Source: Acidimicrobiia bacterium (GTDB taxonomy: Bacteria; Actinomycetota; Acidimicrobiia; Acidimicrobiales; JANYDT01). From it: a DNA stretch of 64,000 nucleotides. The translations under genes and the position numbers were made by a program. Position 1 is the stretch's first letter; every line of letters begins with the position of its first letter. Shown one piece after another: positions 1 to 10,069 of this stretch. The notes beneath the pieces are model-generated. The model saw only the letters and a program-made list of their open reading frames with translations, was not told the DNA's origin and ran no database searches. The stretch is taken from positions 11,805 through 75,804 of the forward strand of contig JANLRD010000135.1 in assembly GCA_031368215.1 (NCBI GenBank), given 5' to 3'.

Positions 1-1015
1 CATCGACCGTGAGGACGAGGTTGTCGTCGGCAAGGCGAATGGGGGCGCCGCCCGCGAGCTCGACCCAGACGTTGTCGCGCTGGTCGTGCAGGGTGCGGAG
101 ACGCCCCGACTCCGGGGTCACGTCGACAATGCGGATGTGGCGTTGCGTCCGGTCGAGCAGGGTGATCGTCAGGCCGTGTTTCGTCCACTGCGCGTCGACG
201 AGGTAGGGGAACTCGTCGTGGGACCACGTGATGTCGTGGCGGGTGTCGTCCTCGATGGCGACGACGGCAAGGGCGAGAAGGGCGTTCTCTGTTCCCGCCG
301 CAGGATAACGATGGGTGGCAGGGGATCGCTCTGGATGGGTCGGGTCGGCGATCGTCCACACGTTGACCGGCGACACGTCGACCCGCTCCGCCAAGACGTG
401 CGCGGAATCGGGTGCCCACCAGAAACCCCGGTAGCGATTGAGCTCCTCGGCGGCGACGAAGTCGACGACACCCCAGGACACGGCTTCATCCTCTTCGCCG
501 AGGAGCAGACGATCGTCGAGAGATCCAGTACGCGCGCTGACGACACGTAGGCAGCGATCGCTCACGTAGGCCACGTGCTGACCGTCAGGCGAGACGCGGG
601 GATCGTAACCACCGGGCTTGGTCGCCAGCGTGTGCGTCGACCCGGTGTCGAGGTCGGCGACCACCAGCGTGCCGTTGACCGCGAAGACGGCGACCGAACC
701 GGCGGCGTCGACGTCATAGGCGGTGATCCCTGAAGCCTGTTCGCGCAGTCGTTCGCGACGGGCGAGCTCGGCGGCTGGGAGGGAACCATCCGCGCGCATA
801 TCAAGATTCAGCGGGTCGACGACAAGTCGCTCCGTCCACGTGCCGTCGTCGAGTCGATCGAGGCACCAGAGACGGTTCACCGGGTCATCGCCGCCGAGCG
901 ATCGTAGGAAAACCACTCGGGTGCCGTCGGCGTTCGGACGGTACGACTTCGGCTCGCCGCACGTGAATCGTCGGGTGCGGGCGTATTGACGGGGGAACGA
1001 CTCCGAGCCGGTCAT
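1..1015 (-). CDS. S9-family serine peptidase, DPP-IV-type N-terminal beta-propeller region (partial; 3' end outside window)
   Basis: My hand translation of the minus strand from ATG (CAT at 1013-1015) has no stop down to position 1. It reads MTGSESFPRQYARTRRF...VSPDGQHVAYV...VDFVAAEELNRYRGFWWAPDS. The EE..R..GFWW.PD block is the DPPIV_N signature. The gene is missing from the ORF track because no stop lies inside the window. Confidence 0.7.
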   Translation of the reverse strand, partial: MTGSESFPRQYARTRRFTCGEPKSYRPNADGTRVVFLRSLGGDDPVNRLWCLDRLDDGTWTERLVVDPLNLDMRADGSLPAAELARRERLREQASGITAYDVDAAGSVAVFAVNGTLVVADLDTGSTHTLATKPGGYDPRVSPDGQHVAYVSDRCLRVVSARTGSLDDRLLLGEEDEAVSWGVVDFVAAEELNRYRGFWWAPDSAHVLAERVDVSPVNVWTIADPTHPERSPATHRYPAAGTENALLALAVVAIEDDTRHDITWSHDEFPYLVDAQWTKHGLTITLLDRTQRHIRIVDVTPESGRLRTLHDQRDNVWVELAGGAPIRLADDNLVLTVD

Positions 1016-1074
1016 GGTGATCCGAGCGTATGCGCTCTCGCTCTTTTCCCCGGACCGTGGGTACCCTGGCGTTC

Positions 1075-1830
1075 ATGACAGAACTCCCGGATGGAAAGAA
1101 CGTTGTGGTCATCACGGGAGCGGGCTCGGGGATCGGCCGCGCCACCGCGCACCGCTTCGCCTCGGCGGGGTACGCGGTGGTCGTGGCCGATGTCGACAGC
1201 AGGGGGGCGACTGCGGTCGCCGCAGAGGTGGTGGCCGCTGGGGGCACTGCGAAAGCGATCCGGGTCGACGTGACCGATGTCGACCACCTCCGCTCGATGT
1301 TCCAACTGGCCGTCCAGGAGTTCGGTCGAGTCGACGTCGTGCTGGCCAACGCCGGCATCATGACCGGCGCGCCCGACTATCCCGACGCCTCGCCCGAGCA
1401 GGTCACCCGTGTTGTATCGGTCAACCTGATCGGGGTGATGCACACCTGCCAGATCGCCCTGCCCCACATGCGGGCCAACGGCGGCGCCATCGTCTGCACG
1501 GCCTCGACCGCCGCGCTCTCACCGCTCGAAGGGGATCCGGTGTACGCCGCCACGAAAGCCGGGGTACTGCACTTCGTGAAGTCGTGCGCCTCGTGGAGCG
1601 ACCGCTACGGCGTTCGAGTCAACGCGGTTCTTCCGGGCATGACCGACACGCCCATCGTCAACAAGACCGGCGACGGCGTGACGCCCGCGGCGTGGTTGGC
1701 GCCGGCCCTCAAGGTGGTCACCATGATCGCTCCCGAGGAAATCGCCGAAGCGATGTTCACCCTGGCCGGCGACACCTCCGCGAGCGGGCAAGCGGTGACG
1801 GTGTTCAACCCCGGGACGGCTCCGCGTTGA
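1075..1830 (+). CDS. short-chain dehydrogenase/reductase (SDR)
   Basis: ORF 1030..1830. Motifs: VVVITGAGSGIGRA (TGxxxGxG), NAG, YAATKAG (YxxxK). I prefer the ATG at 1075 (MTELPDG). Confidence 0.9.
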   Translation: MTELPDGKNVVVITGAGSGIGRATAHRFASAGYAVVVADVDSRGATAVAAEVVAAGGTAKAIRVDVTDVDHLRSMFQLAVQEFGRVDVVLANAGIMTGAPDYPDASPEQVTRVVSVNLIGVMHTCQIALPHMRANGGAIVCTASTAALSPLEGDPVYAATKAGVLHFVKSCASWSDRYGVRVNAVLPGMTDTPIVNKTGDGVTPAAWLAPALKVVTMIAPEEIAEAMFTLAGDTSASGQAVTVFNPGTAPR

Positions 1831-2281
1831 TCGCCTCGACGATCTCGGGGGTCTTCTTGAAGGTCATGCCGGTCGCCGAACGGTGCGCGTACTTGATCCG
1901 TCCCTTCGGGTCGATCACGAAGACCGATCGACGGTAGAAGCCGAGCGGTCCGAGCACGCCGTAGAGCCGACCAACCGCTTTGTCGTTGTCGGCCAGTAGG
2001 GGGAAGGCGAATCCTCCCTGGCGGTTGGAGAACGTCTCGTGGCTGGACACGCTCTGGGGCGACACTCCGAACACCTTGGCGTTGAGTCCCTCGAACTCGT
2101 CGAACTCGCGGGTGTAGGAGTTCAGCTGCAGCGTGCAGACCGGGGAGTTGTCTCCCGGGTAGAAGGCCAGCACCACATGCTGGCCGCGGTACTCGGACAG
2201 GGTGTACTCCCCCCCGCCCGTGCCGGGAAGGGTGAAGTCGGGGGCAACGTCTCCTACATCGACAGCCATACGAATCGACAC
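1805..2281 (-). CDS. peroxiredoxin, AhpC/TSA (Bcp-like) family
   Basis: ORF 1805..2281. VGDVAPDFTLPG...HVVLAFYPGDNSPVCT is the peroxidatic-Cys block. An alternative ATG lies at 2269. The 3' end overlaps the convergent SDR gene by 26 nt. Confidence 0.9.
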   Translation of the reverse strand: MSIRMAVDVGDVAPDFTLPGTGGGEYTLSEYRGQHVVLAFYPGDNSPVCTLQLNSYTREFDEFEGLNAKVFGVSPQSVSSHETFSNRQGGFAFPLLADNDKAVGRLYGVLGPLGFYRRSVFVIDPKGRIKYAHRSATGMTFKKTPEIVEAINAEPSRG

Positions 2282-2341
2282 GCTAACGGGTCTCGCCCGC
2301 GCGGCGTGAGCCGAGAAGTCGGTGAACGAGGGAAAGCCACC

Positions 2342-3163
2342 TCAGGCCGTTGGAAGGGTCCGCTGGCGAACCGCTTCGAAGAGCGTGATCAGCGCGGCGG
2401 ACGCGACGTTGAGCGAGTCGGCCTGGCCCGCCATCGGTATCACCACGGTCTCGTCGGCACCGGCCAGCCACTCCTCGGAGAGGCCGTGCATCTCCGACCC
2501 CATGATGATGGCCAGGGGTCCGCGGAGGTCGGCGCTGGTGTAGATCAGCGATGCCGCCGGGGTCGTGGCCACCGACCGCATCCCGGCGGCCCGGAGGTAC
2601 GCAATGACGTCCGGCGACGGCGCCACCACGACCGGCACGGCGAACAGCACACCGGTCGAGGAGCGCACGACGTTCGGATTGAACACATCGGTGACCGGGT
2701 CGCAGAGGATCACGGCGTGAACGCCAGCGGCGTCCGCCGACCGGAGGATCGTTCCCAGATTGCCCGGCTTCTCGATGGCCTCGACCACCAGCACGAACGG
2801 GTCTGCCGGAAGCCGTGAGCGCAGCCATTCCAGCGAGTGGTGCCACTGCGCGACGACGGCGAGGAGACCGTCGGGGCGGTCGCGGTACGCACTCTTCGCG
2901 AACGCCTCGCGGCTGAGTTCGCACACCGACGACCCGAGGCGACGCGCATCGGCGATCAGGGTCGTTTCGTTCTCGCCCTGGAACCACCCCGGCGACACGT
3001 AGAGCTCGACCGGGGCGACCCCCTGATCGAGCATGCGCCGAATCGCCCGGTACCCCTCGACGATGAATACGCCCTCGTCGTCGCGGTCGCGGCGGTCACG
3101 CAACCGGACGAGTCGCTTCACGCGGGGGTTGGTGACCGAGGTGATGATCTCGTCGGACGCCAT
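2342..3163 (-). CDS. RNA 2'-O-methyltransferase, TrmH/SpoU family
   Basis: ORF 2342..3163. SpoU knot motifs: KPGNLGTILRSADAAG, IMGSEMHGLS, IPMAGQADSLNVASAA. Confidence 0.85.
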   Translation of the reverse strand: MASDEIITSVTNPRVKRLVRLRDRRDRDDEGVFIVEGYRAIRRMLDQGVAPVELYVSPGWFQGENETTLIADARRLGSSVCELSREAFAKSAYRDRPDGLLAVVAQWHHSLEWLRSRLPADPFVLVVEAIEKPGNLGTILRSADAAGVHAVILCDPVTDVFNPNVVRSSTGVLFAVPVVVAPSPDVIAYLRAAGMRSVATTPAASLIYTSADLRGPLAIIMGSEMHGLSEEWLAGADETVVIPMAGQADSLNVASAALITLFEAVRQRTLPTA

Positions 3164-3221
3164 CAGATCACCCGGCCGGTCGGGAAGTAGGTGTACAGAA
3201 GATCTCGGGTTCGGTGTCGGT

Positions 3222-3983
3222 TCAGGAGAGCGTGGCGAGGATCTCGTCGGAGATGTCGAAGTTCACGTAGATCTCGGCCACATCGTCGAGATCGTCGAGG
3301 GCATCGACCATCTTCAGTACCTTCTTGGCATCCTCGGCGCTGAGTGGGACCAGGTTCTCCGCCACCATCGGGCGATCAACGGAGTCGAACGCGATGCCGG
3401 CATCGGTGAGCGCGGTGCAGACTTCGCCGACCGCTGTCGGGGCGCACCGAACCTCGAACATGTCACCCTGGTCGATCAAGTCATCGGCGCCGCCTTCGGC
3501 GGCAACGAGGAACAACTCATCCTCGGTGAGCAGACCCGACGATTTCTTCTTCGGCACCATGATCACGCCACGCCGCGCGAACTGCCACGCCACCGCCCCG
3601 GGCTCGGCGATCGATCCACCGTTCTTCGAGAACGCCGCGCGGACATCGCCCGCGGCGCGGTTGCGGTTGTCCGTCTCGACCTCGACCAGCAAGGCGCAGC
3701 CACCGGGCGCATAGCCCTCGTACATGATGTTCTCGGTCTGGATGTCGGCCTTGAGCTCACCGGTGCCGCGCTTGATGGCCAGGGTGATCTTGTCGCTCGG
3801 AAGCTGTTCGGACTTCGCCTTGAGGATCATGGTGCGCAGCGTGGCATTGGCACTCGGGTCACCACCGCCTTCACGGGCGGCGACCTCGATGTTGCGAACC
3901 AACTTGGCCCACAGCTTCCCGCGTGCCTTGTCGGCCGCGCCCTTCTTGTGCTTGATCGTTGCCCATTTGCTGTGGCCGGACAT
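3222..3983 (-). CDS. yebC: YebC/PmpR-family DNA-binding transcriptional regulator
   Basis: ORF 3222..3983. The N-terminus MSGHSKWATIKHKKGAADKARGKLWAKL is diagnostic for the family. Confidence 0.95.
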   Translation of the reverse strand: MSGHSKWATIKHKKGAADKARGKLWAKLVRNIEVAAREGGGDPSANATLRTMILKAKSEQLPSDKITLAIKRGTGELKADIQTENIMYEGYAPGGCALLVEVETDNRNRAAGDVRAAFSKNGGSIAEPGAVAWQFARRGVIMVPKKKSSGLLTEDELFLVAAEGGADDLIDQGDMFEVRCAPTAVGEVCTALTDAGIAFDSVDRPMVAENLVPLSAEDAKKVLKMVDALDDLDDVAEIYVNFDISDEILATLS

Positions 3984-4061
3984 GAGAACTCCTGGGAGGT
4001 CGAGGCGTCGGATCAGGCCGACGCGAAGGCAAGGTGAGGCAGAACTCGTGCGCTGCGGACA

Positions 4062-4757
4062 TCAGGTGACCGACGCGAACGCAATGGTGAGGAACAGTTC
4101 GTGGATGCGAGTGTCAGACGTGAGCTCGGGATGAAACGAGGCGCAGAGGATCTGCCGATTGATGCCGCCGCGTACGAGCACGGGCGTTCCGTCGTGTGAC
4201 GCGAGCACTTCGACACCCTCGCCGAGGGACTCGAGCTTCGGGGCGCGGATGAACACTGCCCGGAACGGCGCGTCGAGGCCGACGACATCGAGGTCCGCCT
4301 CGAACGAGTCGACCTGTCGACCGTATCCGTTGCGTCGGACCGTGATGTCGATTGCTCCGAACGTCCGCTGGTCGGGGCGACCATCGACCACCTGCGTGGC
4401 CAGCAGGATCATCCCGGCGCACGTGCCGAAGACGGGCAGACCGTCGGCGAGGCGAACCTCGAGGGCCTCGTAGAGCCCGCTCGTGCCGAGCAGCCGCGAC
4501 ATCGTGGTGGACTCGCCGCCGGGCATGGCCAACGCGTCGACATCGCCGAGCTGAGCCGGCGTGCGCACGTCGACGACGTCGCACCCGAGGCGCGTGAGCG
4601 CGACACGGTGCTCGGCGAAGGCGCCCTGCAGGGCGAGGACTCCGAGGCGTCGGCCATGCCACGGGCTCGCGGTGCGGTCGACGGGCGCGAGCTGGTCAGC
4701 GTGCGGACGAAGCCAGCCGCCGGGCGCGAGGTCTGACGGACGTGCGGCGACACCCAC
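4062..4757 (-). CDS. pdxT: pyridoxal 5'-phosphate synthase, glutaminase subunit PdxT
   Basis: ORF 4062..4757. Motifs: LGVLALQGAF, MPGGESTTM, GTCAGMILLA (nucleophile Cys), ASFHPELT. The first ~35 codons look like over-extension, so the true start is probably further downstream. Confidence 0.9.
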   Translation of the reverse strand: MGVAARPSDLAPGGWLRPHADQLAPVDRTASPWHGRRLGVLALQGAFAEHRVALTRLGCDVVDVRTPAQLGDVDALAMPGGESTTMSRLLGTSGLYEALEVRLADGLPVFGTCAGMILLATQVVDGRPDQRTFGAIDITVRRNGYGRQVDSFEADLDVVGLDAPFRAVFIRAPKLESLGEGVEVLASHDGTPVLVRGGINRQILCASFHPELTSDTRIHELFLTIAFASVT

Positions 4758-4850
4758 CTGGGGGCCTCGAGTCGTCAGCAGAGCGGTTCGGCATGGGGGT
4801 ACAAGGTTACGCGCAAACGATGGGCCCGCGTGGGCGAACCCGGTGGGTGG

Positions 4851-5741
4851 CTACCAGCCGCGTTCGGCGTACTTGACCTCGAGCTTGCCCATCTCGAGTC
4901 CGGGCATGAGGTGGCCGAGACCGCGGGACACCTTGGCCAGGATCGAGGGGTCCTGGAAGTGGGTCGTCGCTTCCACGATGGCCTTGCCGACGGTCGACGG
5001 ATCTTCGGACTCGAAGATGCCGGAGCCGACGAAGACGGCCTCGGCGCCGAGCTGCATGCACAGCGCGGCGTCGGCGGGGGTGGCGATACCACCGGCCGAG
5101 AACAGCGGCACGGGCAGCTTGCCGGTCTCGGCGATCTCGGCGACGAGTTCGTACGGGGCCCGAAGTTCCTTGGCCCACGCGAACAGTTCCGGCCCGTCGG
5201 CGAGGGTGATCTTCTTGATGTCGCCCGTGATCTGGCGCATGTGGCGGACCGCCTCGACGATGTTGCCGGTGCCGGCCTCGCCCTTCGAGCGGATCATGCA
5301 TGCGCCCTCGGAAATCCGCCGCAGCGCCTCACCGAGGTTGGTCGCGCCACACACGAACGGGGCGGTGAAAAGCCACTTGTCGATGTGGTGGACCTCGTCG
5401 GCCGGCGTGAGCACTTCGGACTCGTCGATGTAGTCGACACCGAGCGACTGGAGGATCTGCGCCTCGACGAAGTGGCCGATACGGGCCTTGGCCATCACCG
5501 GGATGGTCGTGACGGCCTTGATCTCCTCGATCATCTGCGGATCGCTCATCCGCGCAACGCCACCGTCGCGGCGGATGCGCGAAGGGATGCGCTCGAGCGC
5601 CATGACGGCCGTGGCGCCGGCGTCTTCGGCGATTCTTGCCTGCTCGACGTTCATCACGTCCATGATCACGCCGCCCTTGAGCATCTCGGCGAGACCACGC
5701 TTCACACGGGCGGTACCAACGGAACGGGACTGATCAACCAT
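4851..5741 (-). CDS. pdxS: pyridoxal 5'-phosphate synthase, lyase subunit PdxS
   Basis: ORF 4851..5771. Motifs: [65 protein letters not shown] prefer the ATG at 5741 (MVDQS). Confidence 0.95.
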   Translation of the reverse strand: MVDQSRSVGTARVKRGLAEMLKGGVIMDVMNVEQARIAEDAGATAVMALERIPSRIRRDGGVARMSDPQMIEEIKAVTTIPVMAKARIGHFVEAQILQSLGVDYIDESEVLTPADEVHHIDKWLFTAPFVCGATNLGEALRRISEGACMIRSKGEAGTGNIVEAVRHMRQITGDIKKITLADGPELFAWAKELRAPYELVAEIAETGKLPVPLFSAGGIATPADAALCMQLGAEAVFVGSGIFESEDPSTVGKAIVEATTHFQDPSILAKVSRGLGHLMPGLEMGKLEVKYAERGW

Positions 5742-5816
5742 GTTTTCCAGTGTACGACCCCGCTCCCGCAATCACAGCGTGATTCCACCCAGCGACGTGG
5801 AGCAGACTCGTGCGCT

Positions 5817-7253
5817 GTGTACGCCTCATCGCATGCTGCCGAACTGCTCGAGGCAGGGTTGGCCGCGGTTCGTGCCGCGAACGCTGTTCCGGCGTCGTTT
5901 CCATCGGACGCGCTCGCCGAGGCATCGGCCGTCACGGACCGAGGTTTCGACAGGACCGGCCGTCTCGACCTCACGGACGTGGCGTTCGCCACACTCGATC
6001 CTGCGTCGTCGACGGACCTCGACCAGGCCTTCGCCCTCGGGGTGGAGGGAGAGACCTTCGTCCTGCACTATGCGATCGCCGACGTCGGAGCATTCGTCGC
6101 CCGCGGCGGCGCACTCGAAGCCGAGGCCTGGCGACGCGCCAGCACGTTGTACCTCCCCGACGCCAAGGTTCCGCAGTACCCCGCGTCGCTGTCGGAGGGT
6201 GGTGCAAGCCTGCTGCCCGACGTCGACCGGCCGGCGATCGTGATGACCGTCGAGCTTGGCGTCGACCTCGCCCCGACCCTGCGATCGATCGACCGGGCCG
6301 TCGTGCGCAGCCGATCCAAGCTCGCCTACGAAACGTGCACACCGGACCAGGCCCATCCGCTTCTTCGGAGCTTCGCCGCCCGGATGGAGGCAAGCGACCA
6401 GGCCAGAGGGGCTGAACGGGTGCAGCGGCCGGAGCAGGAGATCACCCACGATCCCGAGGCGCCTGGTCAGCTCCGCCTCACCTTCCGCTCGCTCACCGCG
6501 AGCGAGGAAGCAAATGCGGCCATGTCGCTGGCGGCCAACCTCGCACTCGGTTCCATGTTCGTGTCGCACGGCCTCGGCCTGTTCCGAGACCTCGACGATC
6601 CGACTCGCCGTGATGTTGCGATGTTGCGTCGCACCGCGCGAGCCCTCGGCGTGGCGTGGGACGACGCCGAATCGCTACGGCAGGTCCTGCGCCGCCTTCG
6701 GCCTCATGTGGCCGCTGATGCGTCGCTCTCACTCGCCGTTCGTCGAGCGGGGGGAGGGGCGCGGTACCGGTTCTATCGGGCCAACGATGCCGGGGCGATG
6801 CGGTCCGAGGGCAAGGCCGGCGCCCCTGACGGACCATGGCACTCGGCTATGGGGGCGCCCTACGTGCACGGCACGGCACCGCTTCGGCGCCTCGCCGATC
6901 GTTACGTCCTCGACCTCGCCGTTGCGCTTCACGCCGGCGATGCCCCCGATGCGTTGGTCGAGCCGCTCACCACGCTGCCCCCGGTCATGGATGCCATTGG
7001 TATGCGCGCATCCAAGATCGACCGGGCGTGCATCGACCTCGTCGAGGCGGTCGTGCTCACCGGACGGGAAGGTTCCGTCTTTGACGGCGTCGTGGTGGAG
7101 TCCGATCCCGAACACGCCGTGGTCCACCTCGTGATTGATGGTATTCGCATTCGTCTTCCCCTCGCCGGCCGTTCGCCCGGCGACACGGTGAGGCTTCGGC
7201 TCGAGAGGACCGACCCGATGAAGGGGAGCATCACCTTCGAACCGGTCGACTGA
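5817..7253 (+). CDS. RNB-domain exoribonuclease (RNase II/R-like)
   Basis: This is the 3' part of ORF 4830..7253. Motifs: FATLDPASSTDLDQAF, LHYAIADV, YLPDAKVPQYP, HSAMGAPYVHGTAPLRRLADR, plus an S1-like C-terminus. The start is set at in-frame GTG 5817, just past divergent pdxS, and is uncertain. Confidence 0.8.
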   Translation: MYASSHAAELLEAGLAAVRAANAVPASFPSDALAEASAVTDRGFDRTGRLDLTDVAFATLDPASSTDLDQAFALGVEGETFVLHYAIADVGAFVARGGALEAEAWRRASTLYLPDAKVPQYPASLSEGGASLLPDVDRPAIVMTVELGVDLAPTLRSIDRAVVRSRSKLAYETCTPDQAHPLLRSFAARMEASDQARGAERVQRPEQEITHDPEAPGQLRLTFRSLTASEEANAAMSLAANLALGSMFVSHGLGLFRDLDDPTRRDVAMLRRTARALGVAWDDAESLRQVLRRLRPHVAADASLSLAVRRAGGGARYRFYRANDAGAMRSEGKAGAPDGPWHSAMGAPYVHGTAPLRRLADRYVLDLAVALHAGDAPDALVEPLTTLPPVMDAIGMRASKIDRACIDLVEAVVLTGREGSVFDGVVVESDPEHAVVHLVIDGIRIRLPLAGRSPGDTVRLRLERTDPMKGSITFEPVD

Positions 7254-7266
7254 TTGCCGGTGGAAT

Positions 7267-7374
7267 AGTGCACTGAGTCGGAAGTTCCTGTTACATCGAT
7301 CCTTTTGGACAATGCGCCGAAAGACAACCAATCAGCGCCATTCGATGTCGCAGGAACTTCCGCGAAGATGCACT
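7267..7374. repeat. long interrupted inverted repeat filling the RNB/htpX convergent intergenic gap
   Basis: Arms lie at 7267-7299 and 7342-7374. The perfect 12-bp core is cggaagttcctg / caggaacttccg. 25 of 33 arm positions are complementary. The stretch is locally AT-richer. Confidence 0.6.
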
Positions 7375-8302
7375 AAAGCTCGCGAAGGGCGTCGATGCGC
7401 TCGCTCAGCGGAGGGTGCGTGTCGAACATGCGATTGAGCCACGACAGCTTGCGCTCATTGCCCGGCTGCTCCTCGTCCGACGATCGGGGCATAGGCGATT
7501 CGATCCAGAGGTGCGCTGTTGCCCGCGAACCCGAGTGAACCACCGTCTGGTCATCGCGCAACTTCTCAAGTGCACTTATCAACCCAGGGGGATACCGCGT
7601 GATGGTCACCGCCGTGAGATCGGCGAGAGACTCCCGCTTGCGGGACACCGCGAACTGCATGAGCTTCGCGACGAGCGGGGTAATCACCAGCAACACGATG
7701 CCGAGCACCGCCACGAGCTGGGCTGCACCGTTGCCGTTGTTATCACGGTCGTTGCGATGGCGGGGGCCGCCCCACCACAGGAACCGCAGCGCCCAATCCG
7801 ACATCAGCGCGACGACCCCGACCATCGTGACGGCCAGCGTCGACACGAGGATGTCGCGGTTCTTGATGTGGGAGAGCTCGTGCGCCAGCACGGCCTCCAG
7901 CTCCACTCGATTCATCTTCGCGAGCAACCCCGTGGTGACCGCGATCGCCGCGTGCTTCGGGTCGCGGCCTGTGGCGAAGGCGTTCGGGGCGTCATCCTCG
8001 ATCACGTAGAGCCGCGGCTTCGGCACGCCGCTGGCAATGCACAGCCCCTCGATGAGATTGTGAAAGCGCGCATAGTCGGCCTGCGAGGCCGGACGGGCGT
8101 GGCTCATGGACAACGCCACCGCATCGCTCTTCCAGTACGCCAGTCCCGACGTGGCCACCGTGAACGCGACGGCGAGGATGAGTCCGACCGGGCCTCCGCC
8201 GACCACTGCGTTGAACGCCCACGAGGCCGCCAGGACGACCAGGACGAATGACGCGATCAGCGCGATCGAACGTCGCCGATTCGACGCGACGACATCAAAC
8301 AT
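7373..8302 (-). CDS. htpX: M48-family zinc metalloprotease HtpX
   Basis: ORF 7373..8302. It has HELSHIKNRD (HExxH), hydrophobic TM segments and a C-terminal FDTHPPLSERI. Confidence 0.9.
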   Translation of the reverse strand: MFDVVASNRRRSIALIASFVLVVLAASWAFNAVVGGGPVGLILAVAFTVATSGLAYWKSDAVALSMSHARPASQADYARFHNLIEGLCIASGVPKPRLYVIEDDAPNAFATGRDPKHAAIAVTTGLLAKMNRVELEAVLAHELSHIKNRDILVSTLAVTMVGVVALMSDWALRFLWWGGPRHRNDRDNNGNGAAQLVAVLGIVLLVITPLVAKLMQFAVSRKRESLADLTAVTITRYPPGLISALEKLRDDQTVVHSGSRATAHLWIESPMPRSSDEEQPGNERKLSWLNRMFDTHPPLSERIDALREL

Positions 8303-8332
8303 GGCGACCCCAGCAGGTCGGCGTGAACGCGA

Positions 8333-8893
8333 TCAGAACTTCACGCTGACGGGGCCCCGCTCGGCCTCGTCCGTCTGGAAGTATTCGCGCTGGGCGAACT
8401 TGAACTGCTTGGCCAAAATGTTCGACGGGAAGCTCTGGATCTTGGTGTTGTAGGAACGGACTTCGTCGTTGAAGTACTGGCGTGAATACGCGATCTTGTC
8501 CTCCGTGCCGGTGAGCTCTTCCTGCAGCTGCAGGAAGTTCTGGTTCGCCTTGAGATCGGGATACGCCTCGCCGAGCGCGAAGAGGCTCTTCAGCGTGCCC
8601 GTCAGAGCATTCTCGGCCTGGGCTTTCCCGGCCTCGCCCTTTGCCGACATCGCCGAGTTCCGGGCCGTGATGACGGCCTCCAGGGTGGCGCGCTCGTGCG
8701 CGGCGTAGCCCTTCACCGTCTCCACGAGGTTCGGGATCAGGTCGTAGCGGCGCTTGAGCTGGACTTCGATCTGCGCCCACCCGTTTTCGATGCGGTTGCG
8801 GACGCGGACGAGGCCGTTGTATTGCACGATCACGTAGATCACGACGAGGGCGATGATGCCGAGAATGATGAGCAGAGCCATAGGACTCATCAT
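8333..8893 (-). CDS. lemA: LemA family membrane protein
   Basis: ORF 8333..8893. It has an N-terminal TM segment followed by YNGLVRVRNRIENGWAQIEVQLKRRYDLIPNLVETVKGYAAHE, a typical LemA stretch. Confidence 0.9.
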   Translation of the reverse strand: MMSPMALLIILGIIALVVIYVIVQYNGLVRVRNRIENGWAQIEVQLKRRYDLIPNLVETVKGYAAHERATLEAVITARNSAMSAKGEAGKAQAENALTGTLKSLFALGEAYPDLKANQNFLQLQEELTGTEDKIAYSRQYFNDEVRSYNTKIQSFPSNILAKQFKFAQREYFQTDEAERGPVSVKF

Positions 8894-8929
8894 CTCACGG
8901 GCGTGGGCAGGAAACAGGCTGCTCGGGCA

Positions 8930-9997
8930 CTATGCGAGTAGGCGCTCATAGCGCTGTGCGTACAGCTTGGCCAACGCGTCGAAGGAGTACGCGTTCGCCC
9001 GCTTCGCCCCTTCTTCGCACAACCCGTCTGCGAGATCAGGCTCTGTCAGGATCCTGTTGAGTGACTTCGCCAATGCTTCGGCGTCGCCGGCCGGAAAAAG
9101 CAGCGAATCGATCCCGTCACGGGCAACGAGGCGGTACCCGTCGATGTTCGAGGCCACGACCGGCGTGCCGGCCGCCATCGATTCAAGCAGCACGACGCCG
9201 AACGACTCGCCGCTGAGCGAGGGAGCGCAATAGACGCTGGCGGCTCGCCACCGACGGGCCAGTTCGTCATCCGGAATTCGGCCGAGCCACTCGATCCGGA
9301 GGTCGTGGTACCTCGAACGAAGGTGCTCCGTCTGCGGGCCGATGCCGACCACCGACAGCCGGATGTCGCCCGGCACCATCTCGAACGCACGAAGGAGGAC
9401 CTCGAGGCCCTTCCGGGGCTCATGGCGTCCGACGAACAACACCGTGGGGGCCTCGACCGGCCACGGCTCAGCATTGCGGAAGCGGTCTAGGTCGACGCCG
9501 TTGAACAGCACGTCGTACTCATGGCCGAGGGCGCTGCGGGCCATCGCCGCGGCGGTTTCGCTCACCGCGCAACGCAGGTCGATCCGGTCGGCGAGCCGCT
9601 TGACGATGCCGCGGAGCAGCCGGTACGACTCGCTCTCGCCGGCGAGATGGAACGTCCCGACGATCGGCGCCCCTTTCAGCACCAGGGCCGTCATGGTGCA
9701 TCCGGGCACCAGCGGCTCGTGGAGATGCAACAGGTCGAACCGCTCGCTCGTCATCGCCCGCCAGGTGCGCAGCACCGCCGATGGGTCCGGGGCGATCGGG
9801 GCGACGGATCCGTTCGTGGCGAACGGCACAGCATTGCCGAGCGGGATGATTCCCGGCTCGGGCGGTGGGCCGTCGCACGGACCGAGGACCCGGCAGTCGT
9901 GACCCTGGCGGCGCAATGCCCGGGCGAGACCCAGCACCTGCCCCTGCACGCCACCGGGCAGCGACAGGGAGTACGGGCTGAACATCCCGATCCGCAT
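8930..9997 (-). CDS. pimA: GT4 glycosyltransferase, PimA-like (phosphatidylinositol mannosyltransferase)
   Basis: ORF 8930..9997. Motifs: MRIGMFSPYSLSLPGGVQ, GRHEPRKGL, PSLSGESFGVVLLESMAAGTPVVAS (E-x7-E). It sits downstream of pgsA1 and patA, as in mycobacteria. Confidence 0.8.
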   Translation of the reverse strand: MRIGMFSPYSLSLPGGVQGQVLGLARALRRQGHDCRVLGPCDGPPPEPGIIPLGNAVPFATNGSVAPIAPDPSAVLRTWRAMTSERFDLLHLHEPLVPGCTMTALVLKGAPIVGTFHLAGESESYRLLRGIVKRLADRIDLRCAVSETAAAMARSALGHEYDVLFNGVDLDRFRNAEPWPVEAPTVLFVGRHEPRKGLEVLLRAFEMVPGDIRLSVVGIGPQTEHLRSRYHDLRIEWLGRIPDDELARRWRAASVYCAPSLSGESFGVVLLESMAAGTPVVASNIDGYRLVARDGIDSLLFPAGDAEALAKSLNRILTEPDLADGLCEEGAKRANAYSFDALAKLYAQRYERLLA

Positions 9998-10069
9998 AGC
10001 CGGGCAAGCCTACGAGGTCAACGCGTCCCGCCGTTCCGCCGCCGCCGAGACCCGTGGGTCGGGGGGAGC

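Noticed and set aside
4830-5816. N-terminal ~330 codons of the 807-aa ORF 4830..7253 (+)
   Set aside because: This part is antisense to the clearly recognisable pdxS gene. Its sequence is Gly/Arg/Asp/Leu-rich junk typical of antisense frames in high-GC DNA. Only the RNB-domain part from about 5817 looks real.
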